Positions 26,856-36,318 of a stretch of DNA of 64,000 nt are shown piece after piece. The DNA lies in assembly GCA_029553375.1 (NCBI GenBank), contig JAKPCH010000059.1:21426-85425 (forward strand). The letters are read 5' to 3'. The translations under genes and the position numbers were made by a program. How positions within the stretch are numbered: position 1 is the first letter of the stretch; every line of letters begins with the position of its first letter. The DNA comes from Deltaproteobacteria bacterium. GTDB taxonomy: Bacteria > Desulfobacterota > Syntrophia > Syntrophales > UBA8958. The notes beneath the pieces are model-generated. The model saw only the letters and a list, made by a program, of their open reading frames with translations. It made no database searches and was not told where the DNA came from.

Positions 26856-27438
26856 CTCCGTATCCTTCTTTCATGATGCCGTAGAGGATGAGGTCCAGGA
26901 GCTCGTCCACCTCCCGGGTCATGACCTCCGGCGTCTCCTCGAAGACGAGGGCGAGCTCCTGGCGGTTCAAAACGGACTGGACGGTCCTGGCCAGGCGGTC
27001 GGGATCGCCGGGGCGGAAGAGGCCCTCTTCCTGGCCCCTCCTGATGAAGGCGGCGATCAGGGACCGCTCCCGTTCCCGGAAGGTCGTCCCGTGGGCCCCG
27101 TAGAGGGCCGCCACCTCTTCGCCCACGTCCCGGGGGACGCACAGGAGCCTCCTCAGCTCTTGGAAGTGGGTGACCTTGGCCAGGAAGAGGGCCCGGAGAC
27201 CATGCCGGGGATCGGCGACGGAGGCGACGGCCTGCTCCATCTCCCCCAGGACGGCCCCCTCCTCCCGGTCGATGAGGGCGCGGAAGATCTCCTCCTTGCC
27301 CCGGGGAAAGTGGTGATAGATGGCCGTCTTGGCCACGCCCAGGGGACGGACGAGGTCCGCCAGGGAGGCCTTGCGATAGCCGTGGCGGCCGAAGACGACC
27401 CGGGCGGCCTCGAGGATCTTCTCCCTATCCAGGTGCAA
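26848..27438 (-). CDS. TetR-family regulator
   Basis: N-terminal HTH (ILEAARVVF..GVAKTAIYHHF..KEEIF); TTG start. Confidence 0.88.
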   Translation of the reverse strand: MHLDREKILEAARVVFGRHGYRKASLADLVRPLGVAKTAIYHHFPRGKEEIFRALIDREEGAVLGEMEQAVASVADPRHGLRALFLAKVTHFQELRRLLCVPRDVGEEVAALYGAHGTTFRERERSLIAAFIRRGQEEGLFRPGDPDRLARTVQSVLNRQELALVFEETPEVMTREVDELLDLILYGIMKEGYGDD

Positions 27439-27460
27439 GGTCAGGATTCTCCTTAACGTT

Positions 27461-27475
27461 TTAACGCAATGTTAA
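27461..27475. promoter_or_regulatory. Candidate TetR operator
   Basis: TTAAC-GCAAT-GTTAA palindrome just upstream of tetR. Confidence 0.4.
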
Positions 27476-27518
27476 CTTGGTACCCCTAACGGGTCCGGCG
27501 GTCCCTGTCAAGGGAAAA

Positions 27519-29264
27519 TCACAGGCCCGCGGCGGCCCGGCGACGGGCGAAGAAGGCACTCAGCTCCTGTGTCCCCAGACAGTTGACAAGGTCCTTGGCC
27601 TCGAGCCAACCCTTGCGGGCCGTCATGATCCCCCAGCGGAGATAGGAGAACCCCTCGCGGGTGTGGAGATCGGGGTTGACGGCGAAGAGGCAGCCCCGCC
27701 TGCGGGCGTAGAGGCAGTGGCGCCAGTCGAGGTCGAGGCGCTGGGGGTGGGCGTTGATCTCCAGGACGACCCCCCGGGCGGCCGCCTCGTCCATGACCCT
27801 CCGGATATCCACGGCGTAGGGTTCCCGGGCCAAAAGGAGCCTCCCCGTCGGGTGGGCGAGGATGGTCGTCAGGGGGTGGGAGAGGGCGCGGCAGACGCGC
27901 CTCGTCATCTCTTCGGCGGACATGGTGAAGTGGGAGTGGACGGCGGCGATGACGAAGTCGAAGGCGGCCAGGATCTCGTCGTCGTAGTCGAGGCGGCCGT
28001 CGGGGAGGATGTCCGCCTCGATACCCTTGAAGACGTGAAAGGCCCCTCCCTCGGCGGCGTTGACGGCGTCGATGAGGTCGTGCTGCCTCTTGATCGCCTC
28101 CCGGTCCAGGCCGCCGGCGTAGGCGGCGCTGCGGCTGTGGTCGCTTATGCCCAGGTAGGCGTAGCCCCTCCTCTTGGCCTCGGCGACGAGGGCCTCGATC
28201 TCCAGGGCCCCGTCGCTGGCCCGGGTATGGACGTGGAGGAGGCCCCGGACGTCCCCCTCCGTCACCAGGTCGGGCAGACGGCCTTCGGCGGCGGCCTCGA
28301 TCTCCCCCATGTCCTCCCGGAGCTCCGGGGGGATGAAACGGAGGCCCAAGGCGGCGAAGATCTCCTCTTCCGAGGCGCAGGGGATGAGGCGGTCGCCGGC
28401 GAAGAGGCCGTACTCGTTCATGGTGATCCCCAGCCCCTTGGCGCGGCCCCGCAGGGCCGTGTTGTGCCCTTTGCTCCCCGTCAGGTGGTGGAGCATGAAG
28501 GGGAACTCGCCGGGGGTGGAGATCCGCAAGTCGGCGTTGATCCCCCCCTGGAGGCGGACGCTCACCTTCGTGTCCCCCCGGCCCGTGACGGCCCGGACGG
28601 AGGGTAGAGAGGCGAAGAGGGCCGCCGGGCGGACGGGTTCGTCCGTCGCGACGAGGAGGTCGATGTCCTTCACCGTCTCCCTCCCCCGGCGCAGGGACCC
28701 GGCCATCTCGACCCTGTCGGTCAGACCGGCTGCCCGCAGGGCCCCCAGGAGGGCCTCCGCCTCGGCGAGGGCCTCGGGGTAGAGGCGCCGCTCCCGGTAG
28801 CCCTTGACGGCCTCGATCCCCTCGAGGATCTTGTCCCTCATCCGCTCCCCGAACCCCGGCAGGTCGAGGAGGAGGTTCTCCCGGGCGGCGTACTCCAGCT
28901 CGCCCACCGTCTCGATCCCCATCTTCTCGTACAGGAGGCGGATCTTCTTCGGCCCCAGGCCGGGGATCTTCAGGAGTTCGAAGTGCCCCGGGGGGATCGA
29001 GGCCTTGAGGTCCTCGTAATACCTCATGGTCCCCGTGGCGGCCAGCTCCTCGATCTTCTTGGCGATGGCCGGCCCGATGCCCCGGAGGGCGGAGAGGCGC
29101 CCCTGGGCGATGACCCCCTCGAGATCCTCCCCCAGGGTCTCGAGGGTCCGGGCGGCGTTGGCGTAGGCCCGGGCCTTGAAGGGGTTCTCCCCCTTCATCT
29201 CCACGAGGAGGGAAAGGTCGTCCAGGATCCGAACGACGTCCTCGACGGTGATTCTCTTTGACAT
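27519..29264 (-). CDS. polX: DNA polymerase X / PHP 3'-5' exonuclease
   Basis: GENPFKARAY, GSLRRGRETVKDIDLL, TGSK.HN; PHP motifs HVHT..SDG, SDHS, EIN. Confidence 0.92.
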   Translation of the reverse strand: MSKRITVEDVVRILDDLSLLVEMKGENPFKARAYANAARTLETLGEDLEGVIAQGRLSALRGIGPAIAKKIEELAATGTMRYYEDLKASIPPGHFELLKIPGLGPKKIRLLYEKMGIETVGELEYAARENLLLDLPGFGERMRDKILEGIEAVKGYRERRLYPEALAEAEALLGALRAAGLTDRVEMAGSLRRGRETVKDIDLLVATDEPVRPAALFASLPSVRAVTGRGDTKVSVRLQGGINADLRISTPGEFPFMLHHLTGSKGHNTALRGRAKGLGITMNEYGLFAGDRLIPCASEEEIFAALGLRFIPPELREDMGEIEAAAEGRLPDLVTEGDVRGLLHVHTRASDGALEIEALVAEAKRRGYAYLGISDHSRSAAYAGGLDREAIKRQHDLIDAVNAAEGGAFHVFKGIEADILPDGRLDYDDEILAAFDFVIAAVHSHFTMSAEEMTRRVCRALSHPLTTILAHPTGRLLLAREPYAVDIRRVMDEAAARGVVLEINAHPQRLDLDWRHCLYARRRGCLFAVNPDLHTREGFSYLRWGIMTARKGWLEAKDLVNCLGTQELSAFFARRRAAAGL

Positions 29265-29326
29265 GAGGCCCCTTCTGTGTCAGTATCCCCGGGAGCGAAA
29301 AGCGACAAAGGCCTGGGATGCGTCTG

Positions 29327-29545
29327 ATGAGACTCGGCAAAACGGCGGCCCTCGTCGCCGTCCTGGCGGCCCTGCCCCTCCTCGGGGGCTGCTGGTACGT
29401 CGCGGCGGCCGGGGCGGGGGCTTACGGCGGCTACAAGGCCAAGGAGGCGGGCTACAGCCTACAGAGCCCCGTCAAGAAGGACGGCGCCAAGAAGGACACG
29501 ACGAAGAAAGAGGCGGCGAAGAAGCAGGAAGCGGCCAAGGAATGA
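29327..29545 (+). CDS. Small lipoprotein
   Basis: MRLGK-hydrophobic-LGGC lipobox and Lys-rich tail. Confidence 0.6.
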   Translation: MRLGKTAALVAVLAALPLLGGCWYVAAAGAGAYGGYKAKEAGYSLQSPVKKDGAKKDTTKKEAAKKQEAAKE

Positions 29546-29575
29546 GGCGCCGGGCCTCCCCTCCCGCGGGCGTCC

Positions 29576-29773
29576 TCAGTCTTTCTTGAAGACCTTGACG
29601 AGGATGCTCCGGCAGCACTCGGCGTTCTTGATGATGAAGCAGTCCGGCCGCTCCATGAGGGTGTACTGGCCGTTTGCCTCGATCTCGAGGTCGTCCTTCG
29701 TCACGCCCCCCTCCTTGGGGATGAAGAGCATCCTCCCGATGGGGATTCCCCCTTCCTTCAGCAGGTTCATCAT
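29576..29773 (-). CDS. Small hypothetical protein, last gene of the mutase operon
   Basis: Host-like codon usage, GGAG RBS, 10 nt after the DUF2284 stop; KNAECCRSI motif. Confidence 0.65.
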   Translation of the reverse strand: MMNLLKEGGIPIGRMLFIPKEGGVTKDDLEIEANGQYTLMERPDCFIIKNAECCRSILVKVFKKD

Positions 29774-29783
29774 CCAACTCCCG

Positions 29784-30347
29784 TCATTCCAATAGGATCA
29801 AGCCCGTCCAGACGACGGTGTCGCCCATGGGGAAGGGGACACGCAGTCCCACCCTCTCCACCGTCGCCGCCACGTCTATCCCCACGGCCTCCATGGAGGG
29901 CCGGGCCCGGAAGGGGTGGCGGCAGGCGACGCTTCCCTCGGCGGCGACACAGGTCTCGCACAGGCGGCAACAGCCGCCGATGAGGCCGGCGGCGAAACGA
30001 TAACCCCGGTGAAAGGCCTCCCTCTCCCCCAGGTTGACCAGGTCGTGGAGGCGGTTGGCCGGAACGAAGACCTCCTCCCGGGAGGCCCCCGCGGGGGCCC
30101 TGACCTGGATGAGGACCCCCTCGCGGTACCTCCTCAGGGCCCGCCGGAATTCGGGGACGGTCATCACGAAGGGGGGGCATGTCAGGTTCCGGCGGAAGGA
30201 GTCGCAGATGGGTATCTGGCACTTGAGGCGGACCCGCTCGTCGCAGACGACGTCCGCCGCGGCCATGGGCAGGGCCGCCGAGGCCCCCGCCGCGAGGAGG
30301 ACCTCCGCGACGGCCGCCGCCCCCCCGCCCGCGCCCGGGGTCTTCAT
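29784..30347 (-). CDS. DUF2284 Cys-rich metal-binding protein (second copy)
   Basis: KCQIPIC...TCPP, GCCRLCETC...CRHP..RPSMEAVGIDV. Confidence 0.85.
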   Translation of the reverse strand: MKTPGAGGGAAAVAEVLLAAGASAALPMAAADVVCDERVRLKCQIPICDSFRRNLTCPPFVMTVPEFRRALRRYREGVLIQVRAPAGASREEVFVPANRLHDLVNLGEREAFHRGYRFAAGLIGGCCRLCETCVAAEGSVACRHPFRARPSMEAVGIDVAATVERVGLRVPFPMGDTVVWTGLILLE

Positions 30348-30350
30348 CCC

Positions 30351-30908
30351 TCAGTACTCCATCCCCGCCCGCTCCTTGAGCCCCTGGGCGTAGTGGTGCT
30401 TGACCTCCCCGACCTCGCTCACCGTGTCGGCCAGCTCGATGATCTCCCTCGGGGCGTAGCGGCCCGTGATGATCACGTCAAGGGCGGCGGGCTTGTTCCT
30501 CAGCTCCCCCAGGACGTCCTCGAGGGGCACGAGCTTGAAATCCAGCGCCACGTTGAGCTCGTCGAGGATGATCATGTCGTAGGCCCCCGAGGCCATGGCC
30601 TCCTTCGCCAGCTTCCAACCCTCCCGGGCCAGTTCCACGTCCACGGGGGCGGGGTTGTCCCGCATGACGAAGCTGTCCAGGCCGCTCTGGCGGATGACGA
30701 GGTCCGGGAGGAACTTCTCCGCCGCCAGGACCTCGCCGTACTTCTTCCCCTTCATGAACTGGATCATGAGGACCTTCCTGCCGTGGCCGATGGCGCGCAG
30801 GGCCTGACCCATGGCGGCCGTCGTCTTGCCCTTGCCGTTCCCCGTCAGGACGTAGATCACCCCCCGGTTGTGCCTCCTTGTGGCCTCCTCGATGAGCCTG
30901 TCCGTCAT
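30351..30908 (-). CDS. cobO: Cob(I)alamin adenosyltransferase, CobO/BtuR family
   Basis: TGNGKGKTTAAMG, QFMKG, ILDELN, ITGRYAP. Confidence 0.92.
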   Translation of the reverse strand: MTDRLIEEATRRHNRGVIYVLTGNGKGKTTAAMGQALRAIGHGRKVLMIQFMKGKKYGEVLAAEKFLPDLVIRQSGLDSFVMRDNPAPVDVELAREGWKLAKEAMASGAYDMIILDELNVALDFKLVPLEDVLGELRNKPAALDVIITGRYAPREIIELADTVSEVGEVKHHYAQGLKERAGMEY

Positions 30909-30992
30909 AGAACCTCCCCCCATGGAAAAGGCCCGGGACCGCCTTCGCCCGCCCCGGGCCTTCCGTCTTTCAAACCCCGAGTCCGCCGGGAC

Positions 30993-31994
30993 TCAGACGC
31001 CCTCCTTCAGGAAGCGCCGCGCCACTTCCTCGGCGAGGGTGTAGGGATCCGTCTTCTTGTCCATCAGTTTCTGGATCATCCCCTCGATCTCCCCCTCCGC
31101 CACGAGGTGGTTGAGGATGGGCTCGAGGACGCAGGACCTGATGGCCTCGTGGAGCTCCACGGCGGCCTTGCGCCGGATCCGCGAACCCAGCAGGTCCTTG
31201 GCGACGAGGTGCTCGTGGTGCTTGGCGATGGTGTCCGTCAACTCCTCCATGCTCTTCCCGAACGAATCGGGCTCGAAGGCGTTCTCCACCCGCACGATGG
31301 GCGGCCGCCAGCCCGAGGCGAACGTCTCGGGGGGGGCCATGTCCAGCATGGCCATGATCTCCCGGCGGAGCTTGGACGACCCCTCCCGGTCGGCCTTGTT
31401 GATGACGAAGACGTCGGCGATCTCCATGATCCCCGCCTTGATGGCCTGGATCTCGTCGCCCATGCCGGGGATCAGGACGACCAGGACCGTGTGGGAGTGG
31501 TTGATGATGTCCACCTCCTGCTGCCCCGTGCCGACGGTCTCCACAAGGATGACGTCCATGCCCATGACGTCCATGACGTGGATGGCGTCACCCACGGCCT
31601 TCGCCAGGCCGCCGAGGGCGCCCCGGGTCGCCAGGCTGCGGACGAAGACCCCGGAGTCTTCCGCGTGGCGCTGCATGCGGATCCGGTCGCCGAGGATGGC
31701 ACCGCCCGTGAAGGGGCTCGTGGGGTCCACGGCCAGGACGCCCACGGTCTTGCCCCGCTTGCGGAACTGCTCCACCAGACCGTCGACGAGGGTGCTCTTC
31801 CCCGCCCCCGGCGACCCCGTGATCCCCACGACCTGGGCCTTGCCCGTCAGGGGAAAGAGGTGCTTGATGGTGGAACGGGCCTCCTTGACGCCGTCCTCCA
31901 GGTTCCTGATGAGGCGGGAAGCCGTCCTCACGTCCCCAGCCTTGATCTTTTTTACCTTTTCCATGTCCTCGCTCTCATTCTCTGGGTTTGACAT
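30993..31994 (-). CDS. meaB: MeaB mutase-associated GTPase chaperone
   Basis: GSPGAGKST, AVDPTSPFTGGAILGDRIRM, ETVGTGQ, NKAD. Confidence 0.92.
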   Translation of the reverse strand: MSNPENESEDMEKVKKIKAGDVRTASRLIRNLEDGVKEARSTIKHLFPLTGKAQVVGITGSPGAGKSTLVDGLVEQFRKRGKTVGVLAVDPTSPFTGGAILGDRIRMQRHAEDSGVFVRSLATRGALGGLAKAVGDAIHVMDVMGMDVILVETVGTGQQEVDIINHSHTVLVVLIPGMGDEIQAIKAGIMEIADVFVINKADREGSSKLRREIMAMLDMAPPETFASGWRPPIVRVENAFEPDSFGKSMEELTDTIAKHHEHLVAKDLLGSRIRRKAAVELHEAIRSCVLEPILNHLVAEGEIEGMIQKLMDKKTDPYTLAEEVARRFLKEGV

Positions 31995-32379
31995 TATTGT
32001 TTATCCACTCGACGATGCTGTCCAGGGTCGCCCCGGGCGTGAAGATGGCCTTGATGCCGTTGTCGTAGAGGTACTGGAAGTCCTGGTCGGGGATGATGCC
32101 GCCCCCGATGACCATGATGTCGTCGGCGCCGCGCTCCACGAGCTGCTTCTTCACCGCCGGGAAGAGGTAGCGGTGGGCGCCCGAGAGACAGCTCAAACCC
32201 ACGAGGTCCACGTCTTCCTGAATGGCGGCGGCGGCGATCTGCTCCGGCGTCTGGTGACAACCCGTGTAGATCACCTCGAACCCCGCGTCCCTGAAACAGC
32301 GGGCCAGAACCCTCGCACCCCGGTCATGACCGTCCAGACCCGGTTTCGCGACCATCACGCGCAGTTTTCTCTCTGCCAT
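31975..32379 (-). CDS. Acyl-CoA mutase small (cobalamin-binding) subunit
   Basis: KPGLDGHDRG (DxHxxG), SCLSGAH, GGII; start MAERK at 32379. Confidence 0.92.
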   Translation of the reverse strand: MAERKLRVMVAKPGLDGHDRGARVLARCFRDAGFEVIYTGCHQTPEQIAAAAIQEDVDLVGLSCLSGAHRYLFPAVKKQLVERGADDIMVIGGGIIPDQDFQYLYDNGIKAIFTPGATLDSIVEWINNNVKPRE

Positions 32380-32411
32380 AAGCGTCGTTCCCTCCTCATG
32401 CACTCGTAATA

Positions 32412-34100
32412 TCAATAGAGACCCGGATCACGGTATTCACCGTAGACTTCCCTGTAGACGTCGCAGATCTCCTGGACGCTGGCCAGGTTCTTGACCGCCT
32501 CGATGCAGTAGGGCATGACGTTCTCGCCCTTCTTGCAGGCGTTCTTGAGGTCTTCGAGGCATCTCTTGACGGCCTTGTTGTCCCGCTTGCGGCGGACGGC
32601 GTTGAGGCGCTCGATCTGCTCGATCTCCACCCGGTCGTCGATCTCCACGAGGGGAATGGGCTCCTGGACCTCGCTGACGTACTTGTTGACGCCGATCATG
32701 ATCTTCTCGCCCGCGTCGATCTGGCGCTGGAACTTGTAGGCGGCGTCGGCGATCTCCAGCTGGGGGAAGCCCTTCTCGATGGCCGCGATCATGCCGCCCA
32801 TCTCGTCGATCTTGTGGATGTACTCCCAGGCCTTCTCCTCCATCTCGTTCGTGAGGGCCTCGACGAAGTAGGAGCCCGCCAGGGGGTCGATGGTGTTGGC
32901 CACGCCCGTCTCCTCGGCGATGATCTGCTGGGTCCTGAGGGCGATCTGGACGGCGTGGTCCGAGGGGAGGCAGAGGACCTCGTCGAGGGAGTTGGTGTGG
33001 AGGGACTGGGTACCGCCCAGGACGGCCGCCAGGGCCTCCGTGGCCGTGCGGATGACGTTGTTGTAAGGCTGCTGGGCCGTGAGGGAGCAGCCCGCCGTCT
33101 GGGTGTGGAAGCGCATCCACCAGGAGCGCGGATCCTTCGCCTTGTAGCGGTCCCTCATGGCCTTGGCCCAGATCCTCCGGGCGGCCCTCATCTTGGCGAT
33201 CTCCTCGAAGAAGTCGATGTGGGAGTTGAAGAAGAAGGAGAGGCGGGGGGCGAAGGAATCGACGTCGAGGCCCTTGCGGCGGATGACGTCCTCCACGTAC
33301 TCCATGCCGTCCCTGAGGGTGAAGGCCAGCTCCTGCACCGCCGTGGAGCCCGCCTCCCGGATGTGGTAGCCGCTGATGGAGATGGTGTTCCACTTGGGGA
33401 CGTACTTCGTGCCGAACTCGACGGTGTCGCTGATGAGCTTGACCGACGGCTCGGGGGGGCACATGAGGGTCTTCTGGGCGATGAACTCCTTGAGCATGTC
33501 GTTCTGGATGGTCCCGCCGATCTTCGTCAGGGGGATGCCCTTCAGATCCGCCGCGGCGCAGTACATGGCCCACAGGGCCGTCGCCGGCGGGTTGATCGTC
33601 ATGGAGGTGGTGACCCTGTCCAGGGGGATGCCGTCGACGAGGGTGAGGAAGTCCTCCAGGGTGTCGATGGCGACGCCGCACTTCCCGCACTCGCCCCTGG
33701 CCTTGGGGGAATCGGTGTCGTAACCCATGAGGGTGGGGAAGTCGAAGGCCGTGCTCAGGCCCGTCTGCCCCTCCTTGAGGAGGAGGTGCCAGCGGGCGTT
33801 CGTCGTCTTGGCGTCCCCCATGCCGGAGAACATGCGGAAGGTCCAGTACTTCCCCCGGTAGCCCGTCACCTGGTTGCCCCTGAGGAAGGGGAACTGGCCC
33901 GGATAGCCGATGTCCCGCTCGAAGTCCATGTCCTTGATGTCCTCGGGACCGTAGAGGCGCTTGATCTTGAGGTCCGAGACGGTGGACCACAGATGGTCCG
34001 GCTTCTGGTCCGGGTTCTTGGCGATGACCCGGCGCACCTCATCCTCCCACTTCTGCCTCAGTACGCTGGATTTCTCCAGCACTTCCGCTGCAAAGTACAT
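32412..34100 (-). CDS. B12 acyl-CoA mutase large subunit, isobutyryl-CoA-mutase-like
   Basis: [46 protein letters not shown]; Phe91 and Gln209 at the specificity positions. Confidence 0.9.
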   Translation of the reverse strand: MYFAAEVLEKSSVLRQKWEDEVRRVIAKNPDQKPDHLWSTVSDLKIKRLYGPEDIKDMDFERDIGYPGQFPFLRGNQVTGYRGKYWTFRMFSGMGDAKTTNARWHLLLKEGQTGLSTAFDFPTLMGYDTDSPKARGECGKCGVAIDTLEDFLTLVDGIPLDRVTTSMTINPPATALWAMYCAAADLKGIPLTKIGGTIQNDMLKEFIAQKTLMCPPEPSVKLISDTVEFGTKYVPKWNTISISGYHIREAGSTAVQELAFTLRDGMEYVEDVIRRKGLDVDSFAPRLSFFFNSHIDFFEEIAKMRAARRIWAKAMRDRYKAKDPRSWWMRFHTQTAGCSLTAQQPYNNVIRTATEALAAVLGGTQSLHTNSLDEVLCLPSDHAVQIALRTQQIIAEETGVANTIDPLAGSYFVEALTNEMEEKAWEYIHKIDEMGGMIAAIEKGFPQLEIADAAYKFQRQIDAGEKIMIGVNKYVSEVQEPIPLVEIDDRVEIEQIERLNAVRRKRDNKAVKRCLEDLKNACKKGENVMPYCIEAVKNLASVQEICDVYREVYGEYRDPGLY

Positions 34101-34464
34101 AACTACACCCTCCTTACACGATAGATTTTAATGCCTACCTCAAAAAACCCCCAAAAACTTATCCGTACCCGATCCAGGACCCCCACGGGCAAGATCTCCC
34201 CGCGGACCGATCGAGGCGTAGGCTGAACGGAAGCTGTGATTTGCCATGTACTTTGAAAGGCGAGAGGAAGCATGGCCGAGATACTTTTCTACCCACTGAA
34301 TTGCTATTACGGTTCGTCAGGTTTGTCAAGGGAAAAGGCACGGGCCGATACGAAGCCGCCCCCGCGTCTCCCGGCCTTGCGGGAGAAGGGGGGCGGTCGA
34401 GGGGTCGTCCTGCGGCGTCACGGCGGGCCTGCCGGTTTCGATCCCCGCCGCGGCCCGCCGCGCG

Positions 34465-35913
34465 TCAATCTTTCAAACCCATGATCTTTTTCGCCATCTT
34501 CTTCTTGGCCTCGAAGTCCGTCAGGACGGTGAACATGAACCGCTGGGTCTGGGGGGCCCCGGCGCCGTGCCACGTCCCCGGGCCGTGGAGGCCGGCGGAC
34601 CAGTGCTGGAGGAACTTGGCGACCTTGAGGCGTTTCTCCGCCGGGGCGACGGCGCCGAAGGCCTTCTTCAGGGCCGGGCCCACCTCGGGGTCCTCGAGGT
34701 CCTTGATCCGCGGCATGGTGACGACGAGGCCGCCGCCGATGTCGCCGGCGTTCTTGATGATCTCCCAGAAGCCGTGGGCGATGTTGAGCTTCGCGGCGTT
34801 GCCGAAGAGGTCGTCGGGGAGATAGACGCCCGAGCCCTTGGGCTCCTCCCTCCCCCTCATGGCGGCGGCGATGGCGCAGGCGTGGGAGGTCTCGCTGTAG
34901 CGCAACATGTCGATGATCTTCTCCTGGATGTGGGGCACCTTGTCCACGCCGATGTACTCGGCGGCCAGGAGGGTCCCGCCGATGATGAGGTCGGCGAAAC
35001 CGACCTTGCAGGCCCCGCCGCAGTTCATCCGGTGGGCCTTGGCGAAGCGGGTGACCATCCTCCCGCAGTACTTCGTCTCCCCGCAGAGGAAGACCCTCTC
35101 CCAGGGGATGAAGACGTTGTCGAAGTACATCGTCGACGTCTCCCGCTGGCCGTAGAGGGGATTGCCGAGTTCGTACTCGTCGTCGCACATCTCCCTCTCC
35201 GCCGAGTAGGCGTTGTACTGGCAGATGTACGAAAGGCCGGGGGCGCTGTTCTGGACGGCGAAGGCGAGGGCGAATTTCTCCTCCCCCTCCCGCAGGGCGC
35301 CGCCGGGGAGGACGAGGGTCTCGTGGGAACCGATGGCGCCGCTCTGGCTGACCTTGATCCCCCGGACCACGATCCCGTCGTCGCGCTTTTCGACGAGATG
35401 GACGAAGGTGTCGATCTCGTCCTGCTGGGAGGGCCGTTTCTTCCGGTCCCCCTTCGCGTCCGTGATGGCCCCCGACACGGCCAGGTCGTTGGCCTGGGCG
35501 TAGGCGAGCCACTTGTTGAACCGCTCGTTGTAGTTCGTCCCCAAATCGCGGTCCATCTCCCAGGTCGTCGAGGCGAGGCTGTTGAGGGCGTCGCAGCCCA
35601 CGCAGCGGTAGTTGCACGTCCCCACGGTCTGGCTGGTGAGGAGGGCCATCTCCTGGCGCATGTCGAGGTCGTGGATGCTGCGGGCCACGTTGAGGTTGCG
35701 GTTGATGGGTTCCCCCGTGAGGTGGGAGGAGGCCACCATGACCTCCTTGTGGGCCGGGTCCTCTGCCAGACCGTAGATGGCCGCGTTGGCCAGGACCATG
35801 GAGCGGGTCACGGGGTTGTCCAGGAGGTTGTCCACCCACTTGCCCCCGATGTAGACCCGCGGTTTCATCTTCCTGATGGTGTCCAGGTATTCCTTTTCCG
35901 TCTTCAGTGCCAT
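34465..35913 (-). CDS. 4-hydroxybutyryl-CoA dehydratase / HpaB family FAD-[4Fe-4S] enzyme, divergent
   Basis: TCNYRCVG, TDAKGDR, DNVFIPWERVFLCGE, HRMNCGGACK, HGAGAPQTQR; start MALKT at 35913. Confidence 0.85.
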   Translation of the reverse strand: MALKTEKEYLDTIRKMKPRVYIGGKWVDNLLDNPVTRSMVLANAAIYGLAEDPAHKEVMVASSHLTGEPINRNLNVARSIHDLDMRQEMALLTSQTVGTCNYRCVGCDALNSLASTTWEMDRDLGTNYNERFNKWLAYAQANDLAVSGAITDAKGDRKKRPSQQDEIDTFVHLVEKRDDGIVVRGIKVSQSGAIGSHETLVLPGGALREGEEKFALAFAVQNSAPGLSYICQYNAYSAEREMCDDEYELGNPLYGQRETSTMYFDNVFIPWERVFLCGETKYCGRMVTRFAKAHRMNCGGACKVGFADLIIGGTLLAAEYIGVDKVPHIQEKIIDMLRYSETSHACAIAAAMRGREEPKGSGVYLPDDLFGNAAKLNIAHGFWEIIKNAGDIGGGLVVTMPRIKDLEDPEVGPALKKAFGAVAPAEKRLKVAKFLQHWSAGLHGPGTWHGAGAPQTQRFMFTVLTDFEAKKKMAKKIMGLKD

Positions 35914-35975
35914 AACGCTCCTCCTTTTTATGCTATGAAGACCTTCTCCGTTAACCCGCCGCCGGGCCCGGGCCG

Positions 35976-36314
35976 TCACGTCTCCGCCGCCGCCTCGATG
36001 ACGCAGCACGCCTCGCCCTTCCCGCCGGGGAAGGCCACGATGTTGACCAGGGCCTTGTCCATGACGGCGGCCAGCTCCTCCCGCGACCGCCGTCCCCGGA
36101 TGGTCAAGGTCAGGCGCCTCCCCGCCCGGTCGGCCCCGGCGAGGATATCCTCGGCGGCATACCCCGGGAGGGTGTTCTTGGCGAGGCACGCATAGGCGAA
36201 ACTGGCGAACGTACCGGCCAAACCCTCGTATAGGCCCCAGAGTTGGCCGTTTACGACCAGGGCGATGACCTCCGTGTCTCCCTCGCCCAGGGGCGAGATG
36301 GGCGTCTTTTCCAT
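35976..36314 (-). CDS. Hypothetical protein
   Basis: Starts 4 nt after the reductase stop; host-like codon usage. Confidence 0.6.
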   Translation of the reverse strand: MEKTPISPLGEGDTEVIALVVNGQLWGLYEGLAGTFASFAYACLAKNTLPGYAAEDILAGADRAGRRLTLTIRGRRSREELAAVMDKALVNIVAFPGGKGEACCVIEAAAET

Positions 36315-36318
36315 GGCC

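Noticed and set aside
29916-31991. Long alternative-frame and antisense ORFs (e.g. 29916-31991 +, 45826-47613 +, 55414-57198 -, 58630-60537 -, 27508-29340 -)
   Set aside because: Shadow ORFs over well-supported genes; high GC suppresses stop codons and the translations lack family motifs
32412-34100. Default methylmalonyl-CoA mutase call
   Set aside because: Lacks the Tyr/Arg carboxylate-binding pair; Phe/Gln are present instead
34423-34460. GGTTTCGATCCC resembling a tRNA T-loop or att remnant
   Set aside because: The T-stem does not pair and there is no cloverleaf or CCA; more likely a GC hairpin after the AbfD-like gene
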